Shown: positions 43,866-59,335 of the stretch, piece after piece
How positions within the stretch are numbered: the stretch's first letter is position 1
How the letters are laid out: each line of letters begins with the position of its first letter
Assembly (NCBI GenBank): GCA_964016885.1
Contig: OZ024760.1
Coordinates: 30,008,001 to 30,072,000 of the forward strand
From: Eledone cirrhosa
Lineage: Eukaryota
Length of the DNA: 64,000 bases
Reading direction: 5' to 3'
Made by a program: the position numbers and the translations under genes
Notes under the pieces: model-generated
Told to the model about the DNA's origin: nothing
What the model saw: the letters and a program-made list of their open reading frames with translations, nothing else
Databases searched by the model: none

Positions 43866-46800
43866 TGTAATGTAATGTAATGTAATGTAATGTAATGTAA
43901 TGTGTAATGTAATGTAATGTAATGTAATATAATGTAATGTAATGTAATGTAATGTAATGTAATGTAATGTGTAATGAAATGTAACGTAACGTAATGTGTA
44001 ATGTAATGTAATGTAATGTAATGTAATGTAATGTAATGTAATGTAATGTCATGTAATGTAATGTAATGTGTAATGTAATGTAATGTAATGTAATGTGTAA
44101 TGTGTAATGTAATGTAATGTAATGTTTAATGTAATGTAATGTAATGTAATGTAATGTAATGTAATGTAATGTTATGTTTAATGTAATGTAATGTAATGTA
44201 ATATAATGTAATTTTTAATGTAATGTAATGTAATGTAAACTAATGTAATGTAATGTAATGTAATGTAATGTAGTGTGTAATGTAATGTAATGTAATGTAA
44301 TGTAATGTAATGTAATGTAACGTAATGTAATGTGTAATGTAAAGTAACGTAAAGTGTAATGTAATGTAATGTAACGTAATGTAATGTAGTGTAATGTAAT
44401 GTAATGTAATGTAATGTAATGTAATGTAATGTGTAATGAAATGTAATGTAATGTAATGTAATGTAATGTGTAATGTAATGTAATGTAATGTAATGTAATG
44501 TAATGTAATGTGTAATGTAATGTAATGTAATGTAATGTAATGTAATGTAATGTGTACTGTAATGTAATGTAATGTAAAGTAACGTAAAGTGTAATGTAAT
44601 GTAATGTAAAGTAATGTAATGTAGTGTAATGTAATGTAATGTAATGTAATGTAATGTGTAATGAAATGTAATGTAATGTAAAGTAACGTAAAGTGTAATG
44701 TAATGTAATGTAACGTAATGTAATGTAGTGTAATGTAATGTAATGTAATATAATGTAATGTAATGTAATGTGTAATGAAATGTAATGTAATGTAATGTAA
44801 TGTGTAATGTAATGTAATGTAATGTGTAATGTAATGTAATGTAATGTAATGTAATGTAATGTAATGTGTAATGTAATGTAATGTAATGTAATGTAATGTA
44901 ATGTGTACTGTAATGTAATGTAATGTAAAGTAACGTAAAGTGTAATGTAATGTAATGTAACGTAATGTAATGTAGTGTAATGTAATGTAATGTAATGTAA
45001 TGTAATGTGTAATGTAATGTAATGTGTAATGAAATGTAATGTAATGTGATGTAATGTAATGTAATGTAATGTGTAATGAAATGTAATGTAATGTGATGTA
45101 ATGTAATGTAATGTAATGTAATGTAACGTAATGTGTAATTTAATGTAATGTAATGTAATGTGTAATGTAATGTAATGTAATGAAATGTGTAATGTAATGT
45201 AATGTAATGTAATGTTTAATGTAATGTAATGTAATGTAATGTGTAATGTAATGTAATGTAATGTAATGTGTAATGTAATGTAATGTAATGTAATGTAATG
45301 TGTAATGTAATGTAATGTAATGTAATGTAATGTAATGTGTAAAGTAATGTAATGTAATGTGTAATGTAATGTAATGTAATGTAATGTGTAATGTAATGTA
45401 ATGTAATGTAATGTAATGTAATGTAATGTGTAATGTAATGTAATGTAATGTAATGTAATGTAATGTAATGTAATGTAGTGCAATGTAGTGTAATGTGAAA
45501 TGTAATGTAATGTAATGTGTAATGTAATTTAATGTAATGTAATGTAATGTAATGTAATGTAATTTAATGTAATGTAATGTAAGGTAATGTAATATGTAAC
45601 GTAATGTAATGTAATGTAATTTAATGTAATGTCTAATGTAATGTAATGTAATTTAATGTGTAATGTAGTGTAATGTAATGTAATGTAATGTAATGTAATG
45701 CAATGCAATGTAATGTAATGTAATGTAAAGTATTGTAATGTGTAATGTGTAATGTAATGTAATGTAATGTAATGTAATGTAATGTGTAATGTAATGTAAT
45801 GTAATGTAGTGTAACGTGTAATGTAATGTAACGTGTAATGTAATGTAATGCAATGTAATGTATTGTGTAATGTAATGTAATGTAATGTAAAGTAATGTGT
45901 AATGTAATGTAATGTAATGTGTAATGTAATGTAATGTAATGTAATGTAATGTATAATGTAATGTAATGTAAAGTAATGTGTAATGTAAAGTATTGTAATG
46001 TGTAATGTGTAATGTAATGTAATGTAATGTGTAATGTAATGTAATGTAATGTAAAGTAATGTGTAATGTAATGTAATGTAATGTAATGTAATGTAATGTA
46101 AAATAATGTGTAATGTAATGTAATGTAATGTAATGTGTAATGTAATGTAATTTAATGTAGTGTAATGTATAATGTAATGTAATGTAATGTGTAATGTAAT
46201 GTAATGTAATGTAATATAATGTAATGTAATGTAATGTAATGTAATGTAATGTAATGTGTAATGTAACGTAATGTAATGTGTAATGTAATTTAATGTAATG
46301 TAATGTGTAATGTAATGTAATGTAATGTGTAATGTAATGTAATGTTATGTAATGTAATGTATAATGTAATGTAATGTAATGTGTAATGTAATGTAATGTA
46401 ATGTAATGTGTAATGTAATGTAATGTAATGTGTAATGTAATGTAATGTAATGTAATGTAATGTAATGTAATGTAATGTAATGTAATGTAATGTAATGTAA
46501 TATAATGTAATGTGTATTGTAATGTAATGTAATGTAATGTAATGTGTAATGTAATGTAATGTAATGAAATGTAATGTGTAATGTAATGTATTGTAATGTA
46601 ATGTAATGTATAAGGTAATGTAATGTAATGTAATGTGTAATGTAATGTAATGTAATGTAAAGTAATGTAATGTAATGTAATGTAATGTAATGTAATGTAA
46701 TGTGTAATGTAATGTAATGTAATGTAACGTAATGTAACGTGTAATGTAATGTAATGTAATGTAATGTAATGTAATGTAATGTAATGTAATGTAATGTAAT

Positions 46801-46917
46801 GTGTACTGTAATGTAATGTAATGTAAAGTAATGTAATGTATAATGTAATGTAATGTAATGTAATGTAATGTAATGTAATGTAATGTGTAATGAAATGTAA
46901 TGTAATGTAATGCAATG

Positions 46918-47167
46918 TAATGTAATGTAATGTAATGTAATGTAATGTAATGTAATGTAATGTAATGTAATGTAATGTAATGTAATGTAATGTAATGTAA
47001 TGTAATGTAATGTAATGTAATGTAATGTAATGTAATGTAATGTAATGTAATGTAATGTAATGTAATGTAATGTAATGTAATGTAATGTAATGTAATGTAA
47101 TGTAATGTAATGTAATGTAATGTAATGTAATGTAATGTAATGTAATGTAATGTAATGTAATGTAATG
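46918..47167. repeat. Perfect (TAATG)50 tract
   Basis: 250 bp with no variant unit seen. Confidence 0.85.
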
Positions 47168-50100
47168 TCATGTAATGTAATGTAATGTGTAATGTAATGT
47201 AATGTAATGTAATGTGTAATGTGTAATGTAATGTAATGTAATGTTTAATGTAATGTAATGTAATGTAATGTAATGTAATGTAATGTAATGTTATGTTTAA
47301 TGTAATGTAATGTAATGTAATATAATGTAATTTTTAATGTAATGTAATGTAATGTAAACTAATGTAATGTAATGTAATGTAATGTAATGTAGTGTGTAAT
47401 GTAATGTAATGTAATGTAATGTAATGTAATGTAACGTAATGTTATGTGTAATGTAAAGTAACGTAAAGTGTAATGTAATGTAATGTAACGTAATGTAATG
47501 TAGTGTAATGTAATGTAATGTAATGTAATGTAATGTAATGTAATGTAATGTGTAATGAAATGTAATGTAATGTAATGTAATGTAATGTGTAATGTAATGT
47601 AATGTAATGTAATGTAATGTAATGTAATGTGTAATGTAATGTAATGTAATGTAATGTAATGTAATGTAATGTAATGTGTACTGTAATGTAATGTAATGTA
47701 AAGTAACGTAAAGTGTAATGTAATGTAATGTAAAGTAATGTAATGTAGTGTAATGTAATGTAATGTAATGTAATGTAATGTGTAATGAAATGTAATGTAA
47801 TGTAAAGTAACGTAAAGTGTAATGTAATGTAATGTAACGTAATGTAATGTAGTGTAATGTAATGTAATGTAATATAATGTAATGTAATGTAATGTGTAAT
47901 GAAATGTAATGTAATGTAATGTAATGTGTAATGTAATGTAATGTAATGTGTAATGTAATGTAATGTAATGTAATGTAATGTAATGTGTAATGTAATGTAA
48001 TGTAATGTAATGTAATGTAATGTGTACTGTAATGTAATGTAATGTAAAGTAACGTAAAGTGTAATGTAATATAATGTAACGTAATGTAATGTAGTGTAAT
48101 GTAATGTAATGTAATGTAATGTAATGTGTAATGTAATGTAATGTGTAATGAAATGTAATGTAATGTGATGTAATGTAATGTAATGTAATGTGTAATGAAA
48201 TGTAATGTAATGTGATGTAATGTAATGTAATGTAATGTAATGTAATGTAACGTAATGTGTAATTTAATGTAATGTAATGTAATGTGTAATGTAATGTAAT
48301 GTAATGAAATGTGTAATGTAATGTAATGTAATGTAATGTTTAATGTAATGTAATGTAATGTAATGTAATGTGTAATGTAATGTAATGTAATGTAATGTGT
48401 AATGTAATGTAATGTAATGTAATGTAATGTGTAATGTAATGTAATGTAATGTAATGTGTAAAGTAATGTAATGTAATGTGTAATGTAATGTAATGTAATG
48501 TAATGTGTAATGTAATGTAATGTAATGTAATGTAATGTAATGTAATGTAATGTGTAATGTAATGTAATGTAATGTAATGTAATGTAATGTAATGTAATGT
48601 AATGTAATGTAGTGCAATGTAGTGTAATGTGAAATGTAATGTAATGTAATGTGTAATGTAATTTAATGTAATGTAATGTAATGTAATGTAATGTAATTTA
48701 ATGTAATGTAATGTAAGGTAATGTAATATGTAACGTAATGTAATGTAATGTAATTTAATATAATGTCTAATGTAATGTAATGTAATGTAATGTGTAATGT
48801 AATGTAATGTAATGTAATGTGTAATGTAATGTAATGTAATGTGTCATGTAGTGTAATGTAACGTAACGTAATATGTAATGTAATGTGTAATGTAATGTAA
48901 CGCAATGTAATGTAATTTAATGTGTAATGTAGTGTAATGTAATGTAATGTAATGTAATGTAATGCAATGCAATGTAATGTAATGTAATGTAAAGTATTGT
49001 AATGTGTAATGTGTAATGTAATGTAATGTAATGTAATGTAATGTGTAATGTAATGTAATGTAATGTAGTGTAACGTGTAATGTAATGTAACGTGTAATGT
49101 AATGTAATGCAATGTAATGTATTGTGTAATGTAATGTAATGTAATGTAAAGTAATGTGTAATGTAATGTAATGTAATGTGTAATGTAATGTAATGTAATG
49201 TAATGTAATGTATAATGTAATGTAATGTAAAGTAATGTGTAATGTAAAGTATTGTAATGTGTAATGTGTAATGTAATGTAATGTAATGTGTAATGTAATG
49301 TAATGTAATGTAAAGTAATGTGTAATGTAATGTAATGTAATGTAATGTAATGTAAAATAATGTGTAATGTAATGTAATGTAATGTAATGTAATGTGTAAT
49401 GTAATGTAATTTAATGTAGTGTAATGTATAATGTAATGTAATGTAATGTGTAATGTAATGTAATGTAATGTAATATAATGTAATGTAATGTAATGTAATG
49501 TAATGTAATGTAATGTGTAATGTAACGTAATGTAATGTGTAATGTAATGTAATGTAATGTAATGTGTAATGTAATGTAATGTAATGAAATGTAATGTGTA
49601 ATGTAATGTATTGTAATGTAATGTAATGTATAAGGTAATGTAATGTAATGTAATGTGTAATGTAATGTAATGTAATGTAAAGTAATGTAATGTAATGTAA
49701 TGTAATGTAATGTGTAATGTAATGTAATGTAATGTAACGTAATGTAACGTGTAATGTAATGTAATGTAATGTAATGTAATGTAATGTAATGTAATGTAAT
49801 GTAATGTAATGTGTACTGTAATGTAATGTAATGTAAAGTAATGTAATGTATAATGTAATGTAATGTAATGTAATGTAATGTAATGTAATGTAATGTAATG
49901 TAATGTAATGTGTAATGAAATGTAATGTAATGTAATGCAATGCAATGCAATGTAATGTAATGTAATGTAATGTAATGTAATGTAATGTAATGTAATGTAA
50001 TGTAATGTAATGTAATGTAATGTAATGTAATGTAATGTAATGTAATGTAATGTGTAATGTAATGTAATGTAATGTAATGTAATGTAATGTGTAATGTAAT

Positions 50101-51814
50101 GTAATGTAATGTAATATAATGTAATGTAATGTAATGTAATGTAATGTAATGTAATGTAATGTAATGTGTAATGAAATGTAACGTAACGTAATGTGTAATG
50201 TAATGTAATGTAATGTAATGTAATGTAATGTAATGTAATGTAATGTAATGTCATGTAATGTAATGTAATGTGTAATGTAATGTAATGTAATGTAATGTGT
50301 AATGTGTAATGTAATGTAATGTAATGTTTAATGTAATGTAATGTAATGTAATGTAATGTAATGTAATGTTATGTTTAATGTAATGTAATGTAATGTAATA
50401 TAATGTAATTTTTAATGTAATGTAATGTAATGTAAACTAATGTAATGTAATGTAATGTAATGTAATGTAGTGTGTAATGTAATGTAATGTAATGTAATGT
50501 AATGTAATGTAATGTAACGTAATGTAATGTGTAATGTAAAGTAACGTAAAGTGTAATGTAATGTAATGTAACGTAATGTAATGTAGTGTAATGTAATGTA
50601 ATGTAATGTAATGTAATGTAATGTAATGTGTAATGTAATGTAATGTAATGTAATGTAATGTAATGTGTAATGTAATGTAATGTAATGTAATGTAATGTAA
50701 TGTAATGTGTACTGTAATGTAATGTAATGTAAAGTAACGTAAAGTGTAATGTAATGTAATGTAAAGTAATGTAATGTAGTGTAATGTAATGTAATGTAAT
50801 GTAATGTAATGTGTAATGAAATGTAATGTAATGTAAAGTAACGTAAAGTGTAATGTAATGTAATGTAACGTAATGTAATGTAGTGTAATGTAATGTAATG
50901 TAATATAATGTAATGTAATGTAATGTGTAATGAAATGTAATGTAATGTAATGTAATGTGTAATGTAATGTAATGTAATGTGTAATGAAATGTAATGTAAT
51001 GTAATGTAATGTAATGTGTAATGTAATGTAATGTAATGTAATGTAATGTAATGTGTACTGTAATGTAATGTAATGTAAAGTAACGTAAAGTGTAATGTAA
51101 TATAATGTAACGTAATGTAATGTAGTGTAATGTAATGTAATGTAATGTAATGTGTAATGTAATGTAATGTGTAATGAAATGTAATGTAATGTGATGTAAT
51201 GTAATGTAATGTAATGTGTAATGTAATGTAATGTAATGTGTAATGTAATGTAACGTGTAATGTAATGTAATGTAATGTAATGTAATGTGTAATGTAATGT
51301 AATGTAATGTAATGTAATGTGTAATGTGTAATGTAAAGTAATGTAATGTAATGTAATGTAATGTGTAATGTAATGTAATGTAACGTAATGTAACGTAATG
51401 TGTAATGTAATGTAATGTGTAATGTAATGTAATGTAATGTAATGTAATGTAATGTAACGTGTAATGAAATGTAATGTAATGTAATTGTGTAATGTAATGT
51501 AATGTAATATAATGTGTAATGTAATGCAATGTAATGTGTAATGTAATGTAATGTAATGTAATGTGTAATGTAATGTAATGTTATGTAATGTAATGTATAA
51601 TGTAATGTAATGTAATGTAATGTGTAATGTAATGTAATGTAATGCAATGTAATATGTAATGTAACGTAATGTAATGTGTAACGTAATGTAATGTGTAATG
51701 TAATGTAATGTAATGTAATCTAATGTAATGTGTAATGTAATGTAATGTAATGTGTAATGTCATGTAATGTAATGTAATGTGCAATGTAATGTAATGTATT
51801 GTAATGTAATGTAA

Positions 51815-52002
51815 TTGTTTCTAATTTAGGCACTCGTCAGCAATTACCCTGTTCATTACTGGTACTTTATTTTATCGACCCCGTAAGGATGAAAAGCAAA
51901 GTCAACCTCGGTGGGATTTGAACTCAGATCGTAAAGGGACGTAACTATGCTGGAAAGCATGGCGTGCGACCCTCTACCGATACTGCCAATCCACCGCCGT
52001 TT
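51815..52002 (-). mobile_element. SINE-like element, copy 13 (type C)
   Basis: Has cactcgtcagc and the intact B box as in type B, but ctgttcatt and ggcgtgcgac. Confidence 0.88.
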
Positions 52003-55000
52003 GTAATGTAATGTAATGTAATGTAATGTATTGTAATGTAATGTTTAATATAATGTAATGTAAGTTAATGTAATGTAATGTGTAATGTAATGTAATGTAA
52101 TGACAATGTAATGTAACGTGTAATGTAATGTGTAATGTAATGTAATGTGTAATGTAATGTAATGTAATATAATGTAATGTGTAATGTAATGTAATGTAAT
52201 GTAATGTTTAATGTACTGTAAAGTAATGTTATGTAATGTAATGTAATGTAATGTAATGTGTAATGAAATGTAATGTAATGTAACGTAATGTAATGTGTAA
52301 TGTAATGTACTGTAATGTAACGTAATGGGTAATGTAATGTAATGTAATGTAATGTAATGTGTAATGTAATGTAATGTTTAATGTAATGTAATGTAATGTA
52401 ATGTAATGTGTAATATAATGTAATGTAATGTAATGTAATGTAATATAATATAATGTGTAATGTAATGTAATGTAATGTAATGTAATGTAATGTAATGTAA
52501 TGTAATGTAATGTAATGTAATGTGTAATGTAATGTAATGTAACGTAATGTAATGTAATGTAATGTGTAATGTAATGTAATGTAATGTAATATGTAATGTG
52601 TAATGTAATGTAATGTAATGTAATGTAATGTAATGTAATGTAACGTAATGTGTAATTTAATGTAATGTAATGTAATGTGTAATGTAATGTAATGTAATGA
52701 AATGTGTAATGTAATGTAATGTAATGTAATGATTAATGTAATGTAATGTAATGTAATGTAATGTGTAATGTAATGTAATGTAATGTAATATAATGTAATT
52801 TTTAATGTAATGTAATGTAATGTAATTTAATCTAATGTGTAATGTAATGTAATGTAATGTAATGTAACGTAATGTAATGTTTAATGTGATGTAATGTAAT
52901 GTAATGTAATGTAATGTAATGTAATGAATTGTAATGTAACGTGTAATGTAATGTAATGTAATGTAATGTAATGTAATGTAATGTAATGTAATGTAATGTA
53001 ATGTAATGTAAGGTAATGTAATGTACTGTGTAATGTAATGTAATGTGTAATGTAATGTAATATAATGTAATGTAATGTGTAATGTAATGTAATGTAATGT
53101 GTAATGTAATGTAATGTTTAAAGTAACGTAATGTAACGTAATGAAATGTAATGTAATGTGTAATATACTGTAATGTAATGTAATGTGTAATGTAATGTAA
53201 TGTAATGTAATGTAATGTAATGTAATGTAATGTAATGTAATGTGTAGTGTAATGTAATGTAATGTGTAATGTAATGTAATGTAATGTAATGTAATGTGTA
53301 ATGTAATGTAATGTAATGTAATGTAATGTAATGTAATGTAATGTGTTGTGTAATGTAATGTAATGTAATGTGTAATGTAATGTAACGTGTAATGTAATGT
53401 AATGTAATGTAATGTGTAATGTAATGTAATGTAAATATAGTGTAATGTATAATGTAATGTAATGTAATGTGTAATGTAATGTAATGTAATGTAATGTGTA
53501 ATGTAATGTAACGTGTAATGTAATGTAATGTAATGTAATGTGTAATGTAATATAATGTAAAGTAATGTAATGTAATGTAATGTAATGTAATGTGTAATGT
53601 AATGTAATGTAATGTGTAATATAATGTAATGTAATGTAATGTAATGTAATGTAATGTGTAATGTAATGTAATGTAACGTAATGTAACGTAATGTAATGTA
53701 ATCTAATGTAATGTAATGTGTAATGTGTAATGTAATGTAATGTAATGTAATGTGTAATGTAATGTAATGTAATGTAATGTAATGTAATGTAATGTAATGT
53801 AATGTGTAATGTAATGTAATGTAATGCAATGTAATATGTAATGTAACGTAACGTAATGTAATGTGTAACGTAATGTAATGTAACGTGTAATGTAATGTAA
53901 TGTAATGTAATGTAATGTAATGTAATGTAATGTGTAATGTAATATAATGTAATGTAATGTAATGTAATGTAATGTGTAATGTAATGTAATGTAATGTAAT
54001 GTAATGTGTAATGTAATGTAATGTGTAATGTAATGTAATGTGTAATGTAATGTAATGTAATGTAATGTAATGTAATGTAATGCAATGTAGTGTAATGTGT
54101 AATGTAATGTAATGTAATGTAATGTTATGTAATGTAATGTATAATGTAATGTAATGTAATGTAATGTAATGTGTAACGTAATGTAATGTAATGCAATGTA
54201 ATATGTAATGTAACGTAATATAATGTAATCTGTAACGTAATGTAATGTAATGTAATGTGTAATGTAATGTAATGTAATGTAATGTAATGTAATGTAATGT
54301 AATGTGTAATGTAATATAATGTAATGTAATGTAATGTAATGTAATGTGTAATGTAATGTAATGTAATGTAATGTGTAATGTAATGTAATGTGTAATGTAA
54401 TGTAATGTAATGTAATGTAATGTAATGCAATGTAGTGTAATGTGTAATGTAATGTAATGTAATCTAATGCGTAATGTAATTTAATGTAATGTAATGTTAT
54501 GTAATGTAATGTAATATGTAACGTAATGTAACGTAATGTAATTTAATGTAATGTCTAATGTAATGTAATGTAATGTAATGTAATGTGTAATGTAATGTAA
54601 CGTAATGTAATGTAATGTAATGTAATGTAATGTAATGTGTAATGTAATGTAACACAATGTAATGTAATGTAATGTGTAATGTAGTGTAACGTAATGTAAT
54701 GTGTAATGTAATGTAATGTGTAATGTAATGTAATGTAATGTAATGTAATGCAATGCAATGTAATGTAATGTGTAATGTGTAATGTAATGTAAGGTAAGGT
54801 AATGTAATGTAATGTGTAATGTAATGTAATGTAATGTAGTGTAACGTGTAATGTAATGTAATGTAATGTAAAGTAATGTGTAATGTAATGTAATGTAATG
54901 TAATGTGTAATGTAATGTAATGTAATGTAGTGTAATGTATAATGTAATGTAATGTAATGTGTAATGTAATTTAATGTAATGTAATGTGTAATGTAATGTA

Positions 55001-58000
55001 ATGTAATGTAATGTAATGTGTAATGTAATGTAATGCTATGTAATGTAATGTATAATGTAATGTAATGTAATGTGTAATGTCATGTAATGTCATGTAATGT
55101 AATGTAATGTAACGTAATGTAATGTAATGTAATGTAATGTAATGTAATGTAATGTAATGTAATGTGTAATGTAATGTAATGTAATGTAATGTGTAATGTA
55201 ATGTAATGTAATGTGTAATGTCATGTAATGTCATGTAATGTAATGTAATGTAACGTAATGTAATGTAATGTGTAATGTAATGTAATGTAATGTAATGTAA
55301 TGTGTAATGTAATGTATTGTAATGTAATGTGTAATGTAATGTAATGTAATGTAAAGTAATGTAATGTAACGTAATGTAATGTAATGTGTAATGTAATGTG
55401 TAATGTAATGTAATGTAATGTGTAATGCAATGTAATGTAATGTAATGTGTAATGTAGTGTAATGTAATGTAATGTAATGTACTGTAATGCAATGCAATGT
55501 AATGTAATGTAACGTAAAGTATTGTAATGTGTAATGTGTAATGTAATGTAATGTAATGTGTAATGTAATGTAATGTAGTGTAACGTGTAATGTAATGTAA
55601 CGTGTAATGTAATGTAATGTAATGTAAAGTAATGTAAAGTGTAATGTAATGTAATGTAATATAAAGTAATGTGTAATGTAATGTAATGTAATGTGTAATG
55701 TAATGTAATGTAATGTAATGTAATGTAATGTAATGTAATGTATAATGTAATGTAATGTAATGTAAAGTAATGTGTAATGTAAAGTATTGTAATGTGTAAT
55801 GTGTAAGGTAATGTAATGTAATGTAATGTGTAATGTAATGTAATTTAATGTAGTGTAATGTATAATGTAATGTAATGTAATGTGTAATGTAATGTAATGT
55901 AATGTAATGTAATGTAATGTAATATAATGTAATGTAATGTAATGTAATGTAATGTAATGTGTAATGTAATGTAATGTAATGTGTAATGTAATTTAATGTA
56001 ATGTAATGTGTAATGTAATGTAATGTAATGTAATGTGTAATGTAATGTAATGTTATGTAATGTAATGTATAATGTAATGTAATGTGTAATGTAATGTAAT
56101 GTAATGTAATGTGTAATGTAATGTAATGTAATGTGTAATGTAATGTAATGTAATGTAATGTAATGTAATGTAATGTAATATAATGTAATGTAATGTGTAA
56201 TGTAATGTAATGTGTAATGTAATGTATTGTAATGTAATGTAATGTATAAGGTAATGTAATGTAATGTAATGTGTAATGTAATGTAATGTAAAGTAATGTA
56301 ATGTAATGTAATGTAATGTGTAATGTAATGTAATGTAATGTAACGTAATGTAATGTGTAATGTAATGTAATGTAATGTAATGTAATGTAATGTAATGTAA
56401 TGTGTACTGTAATGTAATGTAATGTAAAGTAATGTAATGTGTAATGTAATGTAATGTAATGTAATGTAATGTAATGTAATGTAATGTGTAATGAAATGTA
56501 ATGTAATGTAATGTAATGTAATGTAATGTAATGTAATGTAATGTGTAATGTAATGTAATGTAATGTAAAGTAATGTGTAATGTAATGTAATGTAATGTAA
56601 TGTAATTTAAAATAATGTGTAATGTAATGTAATGTAATGTAATGTGTAATGTAATGTAATTTAATGTAGTGTAATGTATAATGTAATGTAATGTAATGTG
56701 TAATGTAATGTAATGTAATGTAATATAATGTAATGTAATGTAATGTAATGTGTAATGTAACGTAATGTAATGTGTAATGTAATTTAATGTAATGTAATGT
56801 GTAATGTAATGTAATGTAATGTAATGTGTAATGTAATGTAATGTTATGTAATGTAATGTATAATGTAATGTAATGTAATGTGTAATGTAATGTAATGTAA
56901 TGTAATGTGTAATGTAATGTAATGTAATGTGTAATGTAATGTAATGTAATGTAATGTAATGTAATGTAATGTAATGTAATGTAATGTAATGTAATATAAT
57001 GTAATGTAATGTGTATTGTAATGTAATGTAATGTAATGTAATGTAATGTGTAATGTAATGTAATGTAATGAAATGTAATGTGTAATGTAATGTATTGTAA
57101 TGTAATGTAATGTATAAGGTAATGTAATGTAATGTAATGTGTAATGTAATGTAATGTAATGTAAAGTAATGTAATGTAATGTAATGTAATGTAATGTGTA
57201 ATGTAATGTAATGTAATGTAACGTAATGTAACGTGTAATGTAATGTAATGTAATGTAATGTAATGTAATGTAATGTAATGTAATGTAATGTAATGTGTAC
57301 TGTAATGTAATGTAATGTAAAGTAATGTAATGTATAATGTAATGTAATGTAATGTAATGTAATGTAATGTAATGTAATGTAATGTAATGTAATGTGTAAT
57401 GAAATGTAATGTAATGTAATGCAATGCAATGCAATGTAATGTAATGTAATGTAATGTAATGTAATGTAATGTAATGTAATGTAATGTAATGTAATGTAAT
57501 GTAATGTAATGTAATGTAATGTAATGTAATGTAATGTAATGTGTAATGTAATGTAATGTAATGTAATGTAATGTAATGTGTAATGTAATGTAATGTAATG
57601 TAATATAATGTAATGTAATGTAATGTAATGTAATGTAATGTAATGTAATGTAATGTGTAATGAAATGTAACGTAACGTAATGTGTAATGTAATGTAATGT
57701 AATGTAATGTAATGTAATGTAATGTAATGTAATGTAATGTCATGTAATGTAATGTAATGTGTAATGTAATGTAATGTAATGTAATGTGTAATGTGTAATG
57801 TAATGTAATGTAATGTTTAATGTAATGTAATGTAATGTAATGTAATGTAATGTAATGTTATGTTTAATGTAATGTAATGTAATGTAATATAATGTAATTT
57901 TTAATGTAATGTAATGTAATGTAAACTAATGTAATGTAATGTAATGTAATGTAATGTAGTGTGTAATGTAATGTAATGTAATGTAATGTAATGTAATGTA

Positions 58001-59335
58001 ATGTAACGTAATGTAATGTGTAATGTAAAGTAACGTAAAGTGTAATGTAATGTAATGTAACGTAATGTAATGTAGTGTAATGTAATGTAATGTAATGTAA
58101 TGTAATGTAATGTAATGTGTAATGTAATGTAATGTAATGTAGTGTAATGTAATGTGTAATGTAATGTAATGTAATGTAATGTAATGTAATGTAATGTGTA
58201 CTGTAATGTAATGTAATGTAAAGTAACGTAAAGTGTAATGTAATGTAATGTAAAGTAATGTAATGTAGTGTAATGTAATGTAATGTAATGTAATGTAATG
58301 TGTAATGAAATGTAATGTAATGTAAAGTAACGTAAAGTGTAATGTAATGTAATGTAACGTAATGTAATGTAGTGTAATGTAATGTAATGTAATATAATGT
58401 AATGTAATGTAATGTGTAATGAAATGTAATGTAATGTAATGTAATGTGTAATGTAATGTAATGTAATGTGTAATGAAATGTAATGTAATGTAATGTAATG
58501 TAATGTGTAATGTAATGTAATGTAATGTAATGTAATGTAATGTGTACTGTAATGTAATGTAATGTAAAGTAACGTAAAGTGTAATGTAATATAATGTAAC
58601 GTAATGTAATGTAGTGTAATGTAATGTAATGTAATGTAATGTGTAATGTAATGTAATGTGTAATGAAATGTAATGTAATGTGATGTAATGTAATGTAATG
58701 TAATGTGTAATGTAATGTAATGTAATGTGTAATGTAATGTAACGTGTAATGTAATGTAATGTAATGTAATGTAATGTGTAATGTAATGTAATGTAATGTA
58801 ATGTAATGTAATGTGTAATGTAATGTAATGTAATGTGTAATGTGTAATGTAAAGTAATGTAATGTAATGTAATGTAATGTGCAATGTAATGTAATGTAAT
58901 GTAACGTAATGTAACGTAATGTGTAATGTAATGTAATGTGTAATGTAATGTAATGTAATGTAATGTAATGTAATGTAACGTGTAATGAAATGTAATGTAA
59001 TGTAATTGTGTAATGTAATGTAATGTAATATAATGTGTAATGTAATGCAATGTAATGTGTAATGTAATGTAATGTAATGTAATGTGTAATGTAATGTAAT
59101 GTTATGTAATGTAATGTATAATGTAATGTAATGTAATGTAATGTGTAATGTAATGTAATGTAATGCAATGTAATATGTAATGTAACGTAATGTAATGTGT
59201 AACGTAATGTAATGTGTAATGTAATGTAATGTAATGTAATCTAATGTAATGTGTAATGTAATGTAATGTAATGTGTAATGTCATGTAATGTAATGTAATG
59301 TGCAATGTAATGTAATGTATTGTAATGTAATGTAA

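Larger units (their letters stand above)
42400..51200. repeat. Approximately 3.1 kb higher-order repeat, SINE-free (approximate bounds)
   Basis: The rare marker gtaaactaatg occurs at 44235, 47354 and 50432 (offsets 3119 and 3078) with matching surrounding variants. Confidence 0.8.
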
